Shown: one piece after another, positions 53,518-54,071 of the stretch
Layout of the letters: the number at the start of each line of letters is the position of its first letter
Position numbering within the stretch: position 1 is the stretch's first letter
Translations under genes and position numbers: made by a program
Virus record (IMG/VR): IMGVR_UViG_3300025773_000002
Location: 1-54,071 of that record
Direction: 5' to 3' (one strand)
Source: a virus
Lineage: Duplodnaviria; Caudoviricetes
DNA length: 54,071 bases
Notes under the pieces: model-generated
Told to the model about the DNA's origin: nothing
What the model saw: only the letters and a program-made list of their open reading frames with translations
Databases searched by the model: none

Positions 53518-54071
53518 TAGGCAAAGGTTTGGATCATCTGCTGGTCACGGGACAACCAGCCTCGGAGATTATTACGCAAATCAGGTCTTCTGTCAGCTAT
53601 TTCTTTGTAATGCTGATCATTGTACTGACCAATCTTGATTGCTAGTTGGTGAGCATCCTCTTGGAATGCCGCTTGCTCTGTATTGGAACCAATCTTTCCA
53701 TCAATAGCAATGTGGACACCAAGTGCATTTATTGATTCTTGGAGTATCTTGAATGCCGTTCCGTATCCCTCGTTGACAGCAATATTGGCTACCTCTTCTC
53801 CCACGCCTACGGGCAGGAAATCGGCTCTGGATTCAGACCAGTAATAATCATGGTAGGTATCAGCTATCCATTCTGGCGTAGGATTGTCAGGCAAATGATC
53901 ATCTTTTTGGGTAAGCCCACAGAATGTAATCCCTGCACCATCGTGATCATCTTCCTTGAGGATATTGCCCTGATGGTCAACAGTTGCCTCGACGTTGCAG
54001 ATGAACTTCAACCAATAGGTAAACCGTGTTGTGTATTTACCATCAGAATAATCTATGATGTCTTGAATTTT
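53517..54071 (-). CDS. Endolysin, GH108 family with C-terminal PG-binding region (true start at base 122 across the junction)
   Basis: E..DHDGAGITFCGLT, Y...YW, VNEG, LQ, DGKIGSNT, RGWLSR; joined N-terminus MKIQDIIDYSDGKY. Confidence 0.8.
   Translation of the reverse strand, partial: KIQDIIDYSDGKYTTRFTYWLKFICNVEATVDHQGNILKEDDHDGAGITFCGLTQKDDHLPDNPTPEWIADTYHDYYWSESRADFLPVGVGEEVANIAVNEGYGTAFKILQESINALGVHIAIDGKIGSNTEQAAFQEDAHQLAIKIGQYNDQHYKEIADRRPDLRNNLRGWLSRDQQMIQTFA
53953..54071. repeat. Terminal direct repeat, right copy
   Basis: Identical to 1-119. Confidence 0.97.

Overview
Apparently complete, circularly assembled ~54 kb genome of a tailed dsDNA bacteriophage; bases 1-119 are repeated exactly at 53953-54071 and the endolysin gene runs across that junction. 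The architecture looks podovirus-like (P22-type), with no tape measure, sheath or tube gene recognised. The minus strand carries the late module: portal, scaffold, major capsid, head/spike proteins, lysis cassette, tail fibres, nozzle, adaptor, ejection proteins including a 2496-aa multidomain protein, and a GT9-like glycosyltransferase. The plus strand carries the terminase large subunit, an accessory operon led by a pentein enzyme, small early genes, ERF/Cas4-like/SSB recombination genes, a TGT-fold (DpdA-like) + nucleoside deoxyribosyltransferase + QueD cassette, an SMR-like transporter and two more glycosyltransferases. I recognised no DNA polymerase, helicase, primase, integrase, tRNA or CRISPR array. 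A lipoprotein spanin candidate points to a diderm host. Most notable: (1) a minimal 7-deazaguanine-type DNA modification cassette with an unusual partner, perhaps linked to the pentein and SMR genes; (2) three promoter-driven, highly structured intergenic RNA candidates (about 12088-12405, 15823-16010 and 18031-17814); (3) an array of different short palindromes at 16339-16620; (4) an anti-TRAP-like protein; (5) strong GCWGC/CCGG depletion with GATC enrichment; (6) four tail genes sharing one adaptor module. All family calls come from motif recognition by eye, not database searches.
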